Origin: an uncultured Methanoregulaceae archaeon
Lineage (GTDB): Archaea > Halobacteriota > Methanomicrobia > Methanomicrobiales > Methanospirillaceae
NCBI GenBank assembly: GCA_963701095.1
Contig: OY969564.1
Span: 1,184,001 to 1,248,000, forward strand
Length of the DNA stretch: 64,000 nt
Reading direction: 5' to 3'
Part shown: piece by piece, positions 10,803 to 21,652 of the stretch
Numbering within the stretch: position 1 is the first letter of the stretch
Layout: each line of letters begins with the position of its first letter
The notes under the pieces: model-generated
Told to the model about the DNA's origin: nothing
Database searches by the model: none
Seen by the model: only the letters and a program-made list of their open reading frames with translations
Translations under genes and position numbers: made by a program

Positions 10803-12056
10803 ATGCGTATGAAAGCCATAAAAATCACGTCAACTGCATTCCTTGTAGTTGCCCTTGTCCTTGTACTGATCGTCGCCGGATGCACACAGTCTCCCGGTAC
10901 ATCAAGCAATGCCACTGCACCATCTGCCTCGGCACCAAACGGTTCGGTCGGCATCTTGGAAACAGCAGGTGTGGGCCCGATGCCACCTCTCCTTGCCACT
11001 AACCAGGTTGATGGCTATATTGCCTGGCAGCCTGTCGCTGAGGCCGGTGTGGAAAGCAACATCGGCCAAATTGCGGTCTATTCAAAGGATTTACCACCGG
11101 CTGGTGAGTGGAGTAACCACCCGCAGAATGTCTTTGTCGTCAGAAAAGACTTCTATGCACAAAACCCTGATTTTGTCAACGATTTCTCTGCACTCAATCT
11201 CGCAGCTACCCAGTATATCAATGACCACCCCCAAGAAGCAGCCGGGATTGCCGCGGACTGGCTTGCCGGTAAACAGAACTTCACGTACGGAAACGTAAGT
11301 GTTTCTTCAGTAACCGTCGTCAGCAATGCTTTACCCACCATTAAATTCACTAACGATCCTTCTGACTCGTGGAAGGCAAGCACTGCGGATTTCGTGCAGG
11401 CTCTTGAGGGTATCGGAACCGTGAATGGTTTTGTCAAGAACAGCTCTGAACCTGATGCCGTTCTCTATAACTTCCAGCCGTACCAGACTGCACAGGCTAT
11501 TATTACAGCAAAGAATGTTACCACCCCGGCACCTTTGAAGAACACCGTGAGTGTCGGGTACCTAATGGCACTGGATCATTCCGCATTGTTTGTCGCCGTT
11601 AAAGACTGGCAGTACTTTAACGATACATACGGTATTGCCCTTAAGCCCGAGGACCTGACAGCTGCTAAACCGACCGTTGCTGACTTCCTCGTAAACGGCC
11701 AGAAAGTGGCAACCGTCAACCTGGTCCCGGCGAATGCAGGGCCGAACCTTATGCAACTAGCTGCCACAAATTCAATCCAGATGTCCTATGTGGGTGTCCC
11801 ACCAGCGATCAGTGCTATTGACATCGGTACACCGATCACCATTGCGTATCCGATTGATAACCTTGGAACCGGCCTTGTGGTAACAAAGGGAGCTCCAGTT
11901 ACAGACTGGCAAAGTTTCGCCGTATGGGCAAAACAGCGGTCCGATGAAGGTAAACCACTGGTTATTGCAGCCCCGGGAAAAGGCTCCATCCAGGATGTTA
12001 TGCTCCGGTATGCCCTCCAGAACAGCGGGTTTGCAGTCACTAATGTAAAGGTTTGA
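10803..12056 (+). CDS. NitT/TauT family ABC transporter substrate-binding lipoprotein
   Basis: Lipobox VAGC; VDGYIAWQP, VGYL..DHSALFVA and PGKGSIQDVMLR motifs. Confidence 0.9.
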   Translation: MRMKAIKITSTAFLVVALVLVLIVAGCTQSPGTSSNATAPSASAPNGSVGILETAGVGPMPPLLATNQVDGYIAWQPVAEAGVESNIGQIAVYSKDLPPAGEWSNHPQNVFVVRKDFYAQNPDFVNDFSALNLAATQYINDHPQEAAGIAADWLAGKQNFTYGNVSVSSVTVVSNALPTIKFTNDPSDSWKASTADFVQALEGIGTVNGFVKNSSEPDAVLYNFQPYQTAQAIITAKNVTTPAPLKNTVSVGYLMALDHSALFVAVKDWQYFNDTYGIALKPEDLTAAKPTVADFLVNGQKVATVNLVPANAGPNLMQLAATNSIQMSYVGVPPAISAIDIGTPITIAYPIDNLGTGLVVTKGAPVTDWQSFAVWAKQRSDEGKPLVIAAPGKGSIQDVMLRYALQNSGFAVTNVKV

Positions 12057-12087
12057 TTAGTTTCGCGGGTCATAATTACCGGGAACA

Positions 12088-12849
12088 ATGACACGGCGTC
12101 TTGGACTGGTATTGCCCATCCTCCTTTTCATCGCATGGGAGATTGCGGCAATTATCGTCAACAACCCTTTTTTTCTTCCAAAACCCGAGGCAGTCATTCC
12201 GGTACTGCTCAGCCCGTTTTCAGATATTCTTGGAACAGGAAGCCTTGTGGATAATGCCTTTGTCAGTATTGAACGCGTAATTCTTGGCTTTGGCATTGCT
12301 GCTGCTGTTGCCATCCCTCTTGGGATAGGTATGGGACGGTTTGCTGTACTCAACGATTTTTTTGATATCACTCTTGAGCTCCTGCGCCCGATACCTCCCC
12401 TTGCCTGGGTACCGCTTGCCCTTGCATGGTTCAAAATCGGGATCGTCTCTATCGTCTTTGTAATTTTTATCGGGGCTGTTTTCCCGATCCTGCTCAATAC
12501 GGTGGATGGAGTACGGGGCGTCAAGAATACCTGGGTTGAAGTAGGTACGACACTCGGTGCAAATGAACGCCAGATCCTTACTAAAGTAATCCTCCCCGGT
12601 GCCGCTCCCACAATCTGGACTGGCCTCAGGGTAGGGTTCGGAATCGCATGGATGTGCGTTGTTGCCGCCGAGATACTGCCCGGCCCCACATCAGGTCTAG
12701 GTTACCTTATTATGTATGCCTACAATCTCGGGCAGATCAACGTTATCATTGCCGGCATCATTGTAATTGGCCTGATCGGCCTTACGATTGATCAGGGATT
12801 CAAGGCAGTGGAAAAGCGGTGGTTCGGATGGAGGAGGCTTGAGCGATGA
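12088..12849 (+). CDS. NitT/TauT ABC transporter permease
   Basis: LRPIPPLAWVPL, EAA-like loop, WMCVVAAE. Confidence 0.93.
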   Translation: MTRRLGLVLPILLFIAWEIAAIIVNNPFFLPKPEAVIPVLLSPFSDILGTGSLVDNAFVSIERVILGFGIAAAVAIPLGIGMGRFAVLNDFFDITLELLRPIPPLAWVPLALAWFKIGIVSIVFVIFIGAVFPILLNTVDGVRGVKNTWVEVGTTLGANERQILTKVILPGAAPTIWTGLRVGFGIAWMCVVAAEILPGPTSGLGYLIMYAYNLGQINVIIAGIIVIGLIGLTIDQGFKAVEKRWFGWRRLER

Positions 12850-13607
12850 CCCTTGTCGTCAGGAATGTTTCGAGAACATTTTCTTCAGATAACGGGGAAT
12901 TGGTGGAAGCACTTGCCCATATTTCGTTTTCTGTGAGTGATAAGGAATTTATCTGCATCCTTGGACCCTCAGGATGTGGTAAGACTACCGTACTTCGCAT
13001 CGTAGCCGGACTCGAGTCAGCATCTTCAGGAACGGTTTCTGTCGACGGTGTCACAATCACCAGTCCAAGCCCGAAAATGGCAATGATCTTCCAGGAATAT
13101 TCCCTTTTCCCGTGGAGAACGGTGGAAGAGAACATTTCTTTCGGACTTGAATTAAGAGGAATAAAAAAGCCTGATCGCACAGAAATTAAAGAAAAATATC
13201 TCGATCTTGTAGGCCTCAAAGGTTTCGAACACAGGTTTCCCTACGAACTCTCCGGAGGAATGCGACAGCGGGTGGCTGTGGCACGGGCACTCGCCATTGA
13301 GCCATCTATCCTTCTTATGGATGAACCGTTCGGTGCACTCGATGCCCAGACCCGCAACCGGATGCAGCACGAGCTCCTCCAGATATGGGAAAAGACCAAA
13401 AAAACGATCCTGTTTGTCACCCACAGCGTAGACGAAGCCGTATTCCTTGCGGATCGTATTATCGTCCTTACGCACCGACCCGGAATGATTAAAGAGATTG
13501 TTACTATTCCGGGAACCCGGCCCCGTGATCGTACAGGTGAAGAATTCGGCCAGATCCGGCGACACCTGCTAGAAATGATCCGGGAAGAGTCAGATCCCGT
13601 CCAGTAA
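12846..13607 (+). CDS. NitT/TauT ABC transporter ATPase
   Basis: GPSGCGKT, LSGGMRQR, LLMDEPFGALD. Confidence 0.95.
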   Translation: MTLVVRNVSRTFSSDNGELVEALAHISFSVSDKEFICILGPSGCGKTTVLRIVAGLESASSGTVSVDGVTITSPSPKMAMIFQEYSLFPWRTVEENISFGLELRGIKKPDRTEIKEKYLDLVGLKGFEHRFPYELSGGMRQRVAVARALAIEPSILLMDEPFGALDAQTRNRMQHELLQIWEKTKKTILFVTHSVDEAVFLADRIIVLTHRPGMIKEIVTIPGTRPRDRTGEEFGQIRRHLLEMIREESDPVQ

Positions 13608-13730
13608 GGTTTAATACGCTCAATCTCTATTTTATAAAAGCAGTTTGTGAAGTGTGCTGGCACGACAGCCATACAATATCTTGAGTTTTCGTGCCTGCTT
13701 TTACGATTCATACACTAGGAGTAGGACGCG

Positions 13731-14513
13731 ATGGTAAGAAAACCGGGGAAGATGTACAGGAACCTCGCAAAGAAAGCCTATACACGACGTGAGTATATGG
13801 GCGGGGTTCCCGGAAACAAGATTGTTCAGTTTGAGATGGGAAACCTTTCTCAGGAATTTCCGACAGAGATCGATCTGATCGTAGAGGAGACCTGTCAGAT
13901 ACGGCACAGTGCTCTCGAGGCATCCCGTATCTCTATCAACAGGAAGCTGCTCAAGGATGTCGGTAGGACCAACTTCCACTTCAAGGTCCGTGTCTTCCCT
14001 CACCATGTTCTCCGTGAGAACAAGCAGGCAACCGGCGCCGGTGCAGACCGTGTATCGGAAGGGATGCGCCTTGCATTTGGAAAGGCTGTCGGAACTGCGG
14101 CCAGGGTTGAATCCGGCCAGATTATTTTTACAGTCTATTCTACAGCCCAGTACCTGGATAAGATAAAGGCAGCAATGAGAAACGGCGCACACAAACTTCC
14201 GACTCCATCCCATCTTAAGGTACACACCATCAAGGTCAGCGGCAGGGTTGTCGCAGCACCAAAGATTGCAGGCGATAAAATCGCAGCGCCGGTTAAGGTT
14301 GAAGCCGAAGTAGCTGTAGCAGAACCGGCAGCAAAAGGAGCTGAGGCCGGTAAAGGTGGCGACCACAAGGGTGCACACAAGGGTGCTGAGCCTGCTAAGG
14401 CAGAGTCCGCAGCAAAGGGTGGTGCAAAACCAGCAGCAAAAGGTGCCGAACCGGCAAAGGGCGCTGATGCAAAAGGTGGAAAATCTGCCCCGGCAAAGGG
14501 TGGCAAGAAATAA
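13731..14513 (+). CDS. rpl10e: Ribosomal protein uL16 (L10e) with an Ala/Lys/Gly-rich C-terminal extension
   Basis: [35 protein letters not shown]. Confidence 0.97.
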   Translation: MVRKPGKMYRNLAKKAYTRREYMGGVPGNKIVQFEMGNLSQEFPTEIDLIVEETCQIRHSALEASRISINRKLLKDVGRTNFHFKVRVFPHHVLRENKQATGAGADRVSEGMRLAFGKAVGTAARVESGQIIFTVYSTAQYLDKIKAAMRNGAHKLPTPSHLKVHTIKVSGRVVAAPKIAGDKIAAPVKVEAEVAVAEPAAKGAEAGKGGDHKGAHKGAEPAKAESAAKGGAKPAAKGAEPAKGADAKGGKSAPAKGGKK

Positions 14514-14523
14514 GTATCTTCCC

Positions 14524-14541
14524 TTTTTTCTTTCTTTTTTT
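14524..14541 (+). terminator. Oligo-T archaeal terminator after rpl10e
   Basis: T-rich tract 11 nt after the stop codon. Confidence 0.55.
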
Positions 14542-14628
14542 AAAAGCCATTACAAATTCTGGTATTGCATGGTTCGGCCACCCCCAGTCGCACAGTATAT
14601 AATCTCCCTGTCGCCTAACTATGGATAA

Positions 14629-15465
14629 ATGCTGCGAAGAGGACCGGAGGATCTCTACAAGGCGGTCGCGACTGCGACATGCAGGGCAATGCAGGAAGCG
14701 GTCATATACCTGCCAGCTGATGTAAAACGGGTTATTGCAAATGCTGCGACAGTAGAAAACAACTCAGTGGCAGCCGGAGAATATGAAAATATAATGAAGA
14801 ATATTGTTGCCGCCGAGCATTTGGGTGTTCCACTCTGCCAGGATACCGGGGTCCCTATTGTCTACCTTACTCTTCCCCCGGATGCACCTTTCTCACCGGT
14901 CCTCTTTGATGCTGTCGCAGAAGGTATCAGGCAGGCGACGATCCGGGTCCCGTTGCGTCCTAACGTCGTCGATCCCCTTACCCGGCACAATTCGGGAGAC
15001 AATACCGGCACCGGAATGCCTGCAGTTCATGTTCGACCCGGCGAACGATTTCAGGTAACCGTACTGCCCAAAGGTGCCGGTGCTGAGAATGTTTCCCGGG
15101 TTGTGATGCTCCTTCCGACGCAGGCAGAAAAGATCGAAGAGGTCGTGGTACAGACGATGCTCATCGCTGAAGGTCGTCCATGCCCCCCGGTAATCTTGGG
15201 TGTCGGCATCGGCGGGACCTTCGACAGTGCCCCGGCGCTTGCAAAGGAAGCATTGCTCCTGCCAGTCGATGAGATGAATGAGTTTGAACAGAAACTCTGC
15301 GATGCAGTCAATCAGCTCGGTATTGGTCCGATGGGACTCGGCGGAGTGACCACCGCCCTTGCCGTCAAAGTAAAGACTGCAGCATGCCATACGGCGTCGC
15401 TCCCTGTTGCCGTGAACGTGCAGTGCTGGGCGAACCGCCACGCAACCGTAGAGGTGGACTGGTGA
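14629..15465 (+). CDS. Fe-S fumarate/tartrate hydratase alpha subunit
   Basis: PLCQDTG, PKGAGAEN, PCPP, CHTASLPVAVNVQCWA. Confidence 0.93.
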   Translation: MLRRGPEDLYKAVATATCRAMQEAVIYLPADVKRVIANAATVENNSVAAGEYENIMKNIVAAEHLGVPLCQDTGVPIVYLTLPPDAPFSPVLFDAVAEGIRQATIRVPLRPNVVDPLTRHNSGDNTGTGMPAVHVRPGERFQVTVLPKGAGAENVSRVVMLLPTQAEKIEEVVVQTMLIAEGRPCPPVILGVGIGGTFDSAPALAKEALLLPVDEMNEFEQKLCDAVNQLGIGPMGLGGVTTALAVKVKTAACHTASLPVAVNVQCWANRHATVEVDW

Positions 15466-16016
15466 AAACGACGGCAATCCAGCTCACGACACCACTGGGC
15501 AAAGAAATACTTAATCTTCGCGCGGGCGACCGGGTTGAGATTTCCGGGATTATCTATACAGCACGCGATGAGGCTCACCAGCGAATGAAAAATGATGGTA
15601 TACCCTTTGACCCGGAAGGAGCAGTAATCTACCATTGCGGACCGGTGATTAAAGACAACAAGATCCTGGCGGCAGGGCCAACGACTTCATCACGGATGAA
15701 CCATTTCACCGGTTTTCTCCTTGATCACGGAGTCCGGGGCCTGATAGGGAAAGGGGGGATGAATCGTACAATCCGCGAACAGCTGCGGGGAAAGGCGGTA
15801 TATTTTGCTTTTACCGGGGGCTGTGCGGCTCTTGCTGCATCCCATATGACACTCAAGGGAGTGCGCTATCCGGATCTCGGTATGGCAGAAGCAATCTGGG
15901 TCATTGAGCTTAACCGGCTACCACTCGTGGTGGGAATTGATGCGCACGGAAAGGATCTCTTCGAGAACGTCATGAAGAATGCATCCCGCATGGCACAGAA
16001 ACCGGAATGCCCTTAA
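15462..16016 (+). CDS. Fe-S fumarate/tartrate hydratase beta subunit
   Basis: YTARDEAH, YHCGP, GPTTSSRM, IGKGG, DLGMAEAIW. Confidence 0.93.
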   Translation: MKTTAIQLTTPLGKEILNLRAGDRVEISGIIYTARDEAHQRMKNDGIPFDPEGAVIYHCGPVIKDNKILAAGPTTSSRMNHFTGFLLDHGVRGLIGKGGMNRTIREQLRGKAVYFAFTGGCAALAASHMTLKGVRYPDLGMAEAIWVIELNRLPLVVGIDAHGKDLFENVMKNASRMAQKPECP

Positions 16017-16064
16017 TAAATAGATTTTTTTCTCCTCAACGGCTACATAGATAGGAAAGATCCC

Positions 16065-16337
16065 ATGAAACTCGCCATCGACGAGACCCGGTGCAAGGGC
16101 TGCAATCTCTGTTTAAAGATCTGCCCGTACCGCATTTTTCAAGAGGGAAAAACTCCTAACCGGCGGGGGATCGTGGTGCCGGAACTTGACCGGCCGGAAC
16201 GCTGCACCAACTGCCGCTTACGTCATCTCTATGGCCGGCAGCTCTGTGGGGTCTGCCAGCTTACGTGTCCTGACCAGGCGATTCACTGGGTGGAAGAGGA
16301 GCCGTACGAACTGCATAAGGTGGCGATTGAATATTGA
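16065..16337 (+). CDS. korD: 2-oxoacid:ferredoxin oxidoreductase delta subunit (4Fe-4S dicluster)
   Basis: CKGCNLCLKICP and CTNC...CGVCQLTCP; first gene of the kor cluster. Confidence 0.85.
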   Translation: MKLAIDETRCKGCNLCLKICPYRIFQEGKTPNRRGIVVPELDRPERCTNCRLRHLYGRQLCGVCQLTCPDQAIHWVEEEPYELHKVAIEY

Positions 16338-17434
16338 CCAGGACTGAATTCTGGCAGGGTAACATCGCTTCTGCTGAAGGAGCCCTTGCGGCCGGCTGCC
16401 GTTTCTTTGGAGGGTATCCCATTACCCCTTCAACTGAGGTCGCCGAGCATATGGCAGCGAAGCTCCCGAAAAAAGGTGGGGTCTTCATCCAGATGGAGGA
16501 TGAGCTGGCAAGTATTGCTTCAGTCATTGGCGCATCGTGGACTGGTGCACGGGCGATGACGGCAACGAGCGGCCCGGGCTTTTCCCTGATGATGGAAAAT
16601 ATCGGGTACGCGGCGATGACCGAAACGCCCTGTGTTATTGTGAACGTGCAGCGGGGAGGGCCTTCAACCGGCCAGCCTACGATGGCTGCACAAGGGGATA
16701 TGATGCAGTGCCGGTTCGGTTCTCATGGGGACTATGCAATCATCGCCCTGTGCCCTGCAAGCGTCCAGGAGATGTTCGATCTCACGGTAAAGGCGTTCAA
16801 CCTCGCTGATATGTACCGGGTACCGGTATTTTTAATGGCTGACGAAGTAATCGGGCACATGCGGGAACGTATCCTCGTGCCGGAAACCGTGGAGCATACC
16901 GGTCGACCGGCCTTTGTCCCCGGCATTCCGCCATTTAAGCCGGGCCCGGGCCATATACCCGGCTTTCCTGAATTCGGGAAAGGGTACGGGACACACGTGA
17001 CCGGCCTCACCCACGATGAGCGGGGATATCCCTGTGCAACGAATCCCGGCCTCCATGCGACGCTCATAAAAAGGCTCGTCGACAAGATAGAATCGGCGAC
17101 AGAAGAACTCGCGGATTTTGACGTGATCAATCCCGACGCAGAGCAGGTCTTTATCGCATACGGCGCGCCCGTGCGTACTGTTCAACAGGTACTTCAGGAT
17201 CACCCGGCTGCAAAGATCGGCTTTTTGCGGATCCGTACGGTCTGGCCTTTCCCGAGCCACGCACTTGCACTGTTCGGGAATGCCCGGCGCTTTATCGTGC
17301 CGGAAATGAATCTCGGCCAGATTGCACGAGAGATTGAGCGACATACTAACGTGCCAGTGATGTCCGTCCCGAAGATTGGCGGTGACCTGCATACGCCGGC
17401 AGAACTTGAAGGTATACTGGAGGCAGGATCATGA
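16334..17434 (+). CDS. korA: 2-oxoglutarate:ferredoxin oxidoreductase alpha subunit
   Basis: GYPITPSTE, QMEDE, ATSGPGFSLM, QRGGPSTG. Confidence 0.92.
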   Translation: MTRTEFWQGNIASAEGALAAGCRFFGGYPITPSTEVAEHMAAKLPKKGGVFIQMEDELASIASVIGASWTGARAMTATSGPGFSLMMENIGYAAMTETPCVIVNVQRGGPSTGQPTMAAQGDMMQCRFGSHGDYAIIALCPASVQEMFDLTVKAFNLADMYRVPVFLMADEVIGHMRERILVPETVEHTGRPAFVPGIPPFKPGPGHIPGFPEFGKGYGTHVTGLTHDERGYPCATNPGLHATLIKRLVDKIESATEELADFDVINPDAEQVFIAYGAPVRTVQQVLQDHPAAKIGFLRIRTVWPFPSHALALFGNARRFIVPEMNLGQIAREIERHTNVPVMSVPKIGGDLHTPAELEGILEAGS

Positions 17435-18235
17435 GCTGACGAGGAATGGTTCCGTCAGGACCGTCTCCCCCATATCTACTGCGCTGGCTGCGGGAATGGT
17501 ACCATCATCAATTGTACCCTATCTGCCGTTGATTCCATAGACTGGAAAAAAGAAGACACGGTCTTTGTCTCCGGGATTGGATGTTCATCACGCGCACCGG
17601 GGTATATTGTTACCGATTCTCTCCATACGACCCATGGTCGGGCACTCGCTTTTGCAACCGGCGTAAAGATGGCAAATCCCAACCTTCATGTTATTGTCTT
17701 TACGGGTGACGGAGATCTCGCTGCCATCGGAGGCAATCACTTCATCCACGCCTGCCGCCGGAACATTGATCTTACGGTGGTCTGCATGAATAACCAGATC
17801 TATGGAATGACCGGAGGGCAGGGGAGCCCGACTACCCCAAGGGGCTGCCTTTCGACAACGACTCCTTACGGATGCACTGAGCCTGCTTTTGATCTCTCGG
17901 AACTCGCGATTGCTGCAGGGGCAAACTATGTGTCACGCTGGACATCGTATCATGTCAAGGAACTTGAACGGGCCGTGAAAGTCGGTCTTGAAACACCCGG
18001 GTTCTCCTTTATCGAAGCTTTAACCCAGTGCCCTACGAACTTCGGACGCCGGAACAAGTTCCGGCAGGTCTCAGACCAGATCGAATACCTCAAAGCGCAC
18101 TCGCTGTTGAAAGTAAAAAGGGACCGGATGCTTGAACAAGGTGAGAACATTCCTGAAGATATGTACGTGGTCGGGGAATTGATGCGACGCAACCGGCCTG
18201 CGATGGGGCTCCCAAACACGGAGGCAAAACCGTGA
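17431..18235 (+). CDS. korB: 2-oxoglutarate:ferredoxin oxidoreductase beta subunit (1-nt indel just after the ATG)
   Basis: HIYCAGCGNG, SGIGCSSR, HTTHGR, GDGD, NNQIYGMTGGQ in frame from 17438; the ATG at 17431 is out of frame by one base. Confidence 0.9.
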
Positions 18236-18771
18236 GACGTGAAGTGAGGTTCTCCGGGTTTGGCGGCCAGGGAATTATCCTTTCAGCGGTCATCCTCGGG
18301 CGTGCGGCCGTGATGTACGATCACAAATTTGCGGTGCAGACCCAAGTCTACGGGCCTGAAGCCCGGGGCGGGGCGTCCATGAGCGCAGTCATCATTGACG
18401 ATGCGGAAATACTGTATCCCAAGGTCGCAGATCCTGATATTTTTGTTATTATGTCACAGGAGGGATTTGAGAAGTATGGCGCATCTGCCAGATCTGATGC
18501 AGTCATGATCCTTGATTCCACGCTGGTTCACTCGCGGCCCGGGTGTACCTTTCACGAGATCCCGGCAACGGCGGAGGCACGGAAAACACTCGGCCGGGAT
18601 ATAGTCGCAAATATCGTGATGCTGGGTGCTCTTGTAGGCTATACCCATGTGGTCAGTGAAGAGTCGCTCAAAAAAGCCATCCTTGATTCGGTACCAAAAG
18701 GTACGGAAGCGCTTAATACCAGAGCCATGGAGCTCGGTGGTACCCTGGCTGGAGGGAAGAATCAATCATGA
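18232..18771 (+). CDS. korC: 2-oxoglutarate:ferredoxin oxidoreductase gamma subunit
   Basis: SGFGGQG, YGPEARGG, NIVMLGAL. Confidence 0.92.
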   Translation: MRREVRFSGFGGQGIILSAVILGRAAVMYDHKFAVQTQVYGPEARGGASMSAVIIDDAEILYPKVADPDIFVIMSQEGFEKYGASARSDAVMILDSTLVHSRPGCTFHEIPATAEARKTLGRDIVANIVMLGALVGYTHVVSEESLKKAILDSVPKGTEALNTRAMELGGTLAGGKNQS

Positions 18772-19853
18772 AACTGCTGGAATATGAGGCGAAACAGCTT
18801 TTTGCCCAGGAAGGAATCAGGGTACCAAAAGGGATCCTGATAGAGAAATGTGAGGAGATTCCCCCCCGTAGAAATGAGATCTCCGGAAAAGTTGTCATAA
18901 AGGCCCAGGTAGATGTCGGAGGCAGAGGAAAGGCCGGTGGTGTCCTGATGGCTGATCAGGATACTGTCATTGAGACGACACGCCAGCTCTTTAATACGAG
19001 GATCAAGGACATCGCAGTCCAGCGGATCCTCATTGAGGAGCGCCTCGATATCCAGCATGAATATTTCGTAAGCATCACGATTGACCGGACAAAAAAACAA
19101 CCCGTGATCCTTTTTGCCGAGACCGGGGGCGTCGATATCGAGGAGACCGCACAGAAAAAGAAAGATGCGATTCGATCGGTCAGTTTCTCACCCCTTCTTT
19201 CAGACGTGCCACCGTTCCTGTTGCGGGAACTGTGCGGTGACGCTCCGGCTGATATCCTGAAAACGGTGAATAAGCTGTATCATGTGTTCTGCCATAAGGA
19301 TGCCCTGCTTGCTGAGATCAACCCTCTGGTTACCACACCAAACGGTGTCTATGCAGCCGATGCAAAACTCATTGTCGATGATAACAGCCTTGCCCGCCAG
19401 GGTATCGCCATCAACCGGGACCTGACCGAGCGGGAACGGGAAGCGGAGAAACACGGCTTTTCGTTCGTCGAGTTGGATGGCACCATTGGAGTCATCGGGA
19501 ACGGTGCTGGTCTTACGATGTCAACACTGGATCTCATTGAATATTACGGCGGAAAAGCTTCCGATTTCCTTGATGTTGGCGGTGGTGCGGACAGCGAGCG
19601 GGTGATGCATGCCGTACGTCTCGTCTCAGGTGTTCCATCTGTCAGGGTTATTGTTGTCAACCTGCTCGGCGGTATTACCCGGTGTGACGAGGTGGCAAAG
19701 GGCATCATTGCCTCTGGTGTTTCCGTACCGGTGATTGTGCGGATAGCCGGAACGAATGCAGAAGAAGGACAGAGACTTCTTGCTGAAAAAGGGTACGAGA
19801 TGCTAGATACCATGGATCACGTTGTCAAAAAAGCCGTAGAGGTGGCAGGATGA
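18768..19853 (+). CDS. sucC: Succinyl-CoA synthetase beta subunit
   Basis: LLEYEAK, KAQVDVGGRGKAGGV, EINPL, GNGAGL, GGITRCD. Confidence 0.95.
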   Translation: MKLLEYEAKQLFAQEGIRVPKGILIEKCEEIPPRRNEISGKVVIKAQVDVGGRGKAGGVLMADQDTVIETTRQLFNTRIKDIAVQRILIEERLDIQHEYFVSITIDRTKKQPVILFAETGGVDIEETAQKKKDAIRSVSFSPLLSDVPPFLLRELCGDAPADILKTVNKLYHVFCHKDALLAEINPLVTTPNGVYAADAKLIVDDNSLARQGIAINRDLTEREREAEKHGFSFVELDGTIGVIGNGAGLTMSTLDLIEYYGGKASDFLDVGGGADSERVMHAVRLVSGVPSVRVIVVNLLGGITRCDEVAKGIIASGVSVPVIVRIAGTNAEEGQRLLAEKGYEMLDTMDHVVKKAVEVAG

Positions 19854-20727
19854 TCTACGGGGATAAAAAGACCGGCATTATCGTGACTGGTGCGACCGGC
19901 CGGCAAGGAGAATACCATATCGGCTTAATGAACGAGTATGCTCGTCAGGTTGGTGGCAGAGGTGTTGTAGCGGGAGTCACACCAAAAAAGGGAGGCCAGA
20001 CGGTCCATGGTGTCCCGGTGTATAATACCGTAAAAGAAGCACTCCGGGAGCAGGACGCAACAGCGGCTGTTGTTTTTGTGCCAGGAGGGGCCGCGGCAGA
20101 TTCCATTATGGAAGCAGCAGAAGCTGGTCTCGAACTTATTGTGGCAATCACCGAACATGTTCCGGTGCATGATACTATGAAAGCGATTGCCTACGCAGAG
20201 ATGAAAGGGTGTGCGGTTATCGGGCCTAACTGCCCCGGCCTTCTCTCACCCGGTGAAGTAAAGATGGGGATCATGCCTTCAGGCCTCTTTTCACGGGGCA
20301 ATGTTGGCGTGGTCTCAAGAAGCGGTACGCTTACCTATGAAGTTGTCGATGAACTCACAAGGGCAGGGATTGGCCAGAGTACAGTAATTGGGATTGGTGG
20401 CGATCCGGTGATCGGCCAGACCTTCAGCGATGTGCTGGAACGGTTCGCGGAGGATCCCGGAACCAAGGCTGTTGTCCTCATCGGTGAAGTTGGGGGGAAT
20501 CTTGAGGCAGAAGGAGCCCGGCACACGGATGTACCCCTTGTTGCTTATATTGCCGGGTATCAGCACCACCGGATAAACGGATGGGCCATGCCGGCGCAAT
20601 CGTAGAAGGCGGGGAGAGCGATGCACGATCCAAGATTGCAAAACTCAAAGAAATGGGTGTCCCGGTCGCATCACGACCTTCGGAAATCCCGGATCTTATC
20701 CGGGACCTGTTCCGCTGCCACTGCTAA
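19850..20727 (+). CDS. sucD: Succinyl-CoA synthetase alpha subunit (frameshift near 20556)
   Basis: [30 protein letters not shown] with the catalytic His is in the shifted frame. Confidence 0.93.
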
Positions 20728-20774
20728 AATCAGGGAATTCCAGCAATTGTCTTTTTTGATCGTCTGCTTTTTTT

Positions 20775-21596
20775 TCACCGTACAACTGCCGAAGCGTGCG
20801 CATCGAATGGATTTGTTCGCATGGCAAGGGAGAACAGGTACGGATAGTGCGTCTTTAGGTGACGCATATATGTAAGCCAATCCGTAATCAAGAGGCCATA
20901 AACCCGGTTAAGGTCACCGGACAGATGAGCATAATCAGATGCTGGCAGATCGGTAAGATTATCGCGGGCTGCCAGTTCTTCAGCAAGATGAAAAACTGCC
21001 TGGAGAAGCGGGGTGAAATCTTCGTGTTCAATTATCTGCGGATTCTCATAGAGAGAAAGAAGGAAACTTTTACGCTCCTGTAGGAATCTGTTGAGATTGG
21101 TGAGGTCAAGCGTTTTACTGTCCAGTGAAGGTTTATGCTTCTTCAAAGAGGCAAATGCACGGGAAAAATCCTCATCAGACCATTTGTCTGAAACCAACAA
21201 CGCAGTTCGTACCTGGTCAACGGTAGGATCATTCCTGGAAAAGACCCTGAGTAAATTGGTTCCTACTTCAGAAAAAAAGACCCCGATAATCATATTGAGA
21301 TTTCTGAGCCTTATTGCCCGTTCACGATTTTCAATCATCAAATCAAGGGTAGTGGCAGCAAGACCTACGAAACAGCCGACACCGACAAGAATTATAACGA
21401 TTGTGAGCAGTTTTCCTGCTTCCGTCACCGGATGGATATCCCCATAACCCACCGTTGAAATGGTCACAACGACAAAATAGAACGCATCAAGCGGGGTGCG
21501 GTTTTCAAACACCATCATTCCCAGGATTCCCACGAGAATCACGACAATGAGAATGGAGATGTAAACTCGCAACCGCACGTAAATTGAATTTGTCAC
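20775..21596 (-). CDS. Two-TM potassium channel family protein
   Basis: TISTVGYGD selectivity filter. Confidence 0.9.
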   Translation of the reverse strand: MTNSIYVRLRVYISILIVVILVGILGMMVFENRTPLDAFYFVVVTISTVGYGDIHPVTEAGKLLTIVIILVGVGCFVGLAATTLDLMIENRERAIRLRNLNMIIGVFFSEVGTNLLRVFSRNDPTVDQVRTALLVSDKWSDEDFSRAFASLKKHKPSLDSKTLDLTNLNRFLQERKSFLLSLYENPQIIEHEDFTPLLQAVFHLAEELAARDNLTDLPASDYAHLSGDLNRVYGLLITDWLTYMRHLKTHYPYLFSLAMRTNPFDAHASAVVR

Positions 21597-21652
21597 AATC
21601 CGAAATACGAGCGCTCGATATAAAAATGAATTCCTCTTTTAAGAGAGCGCAA

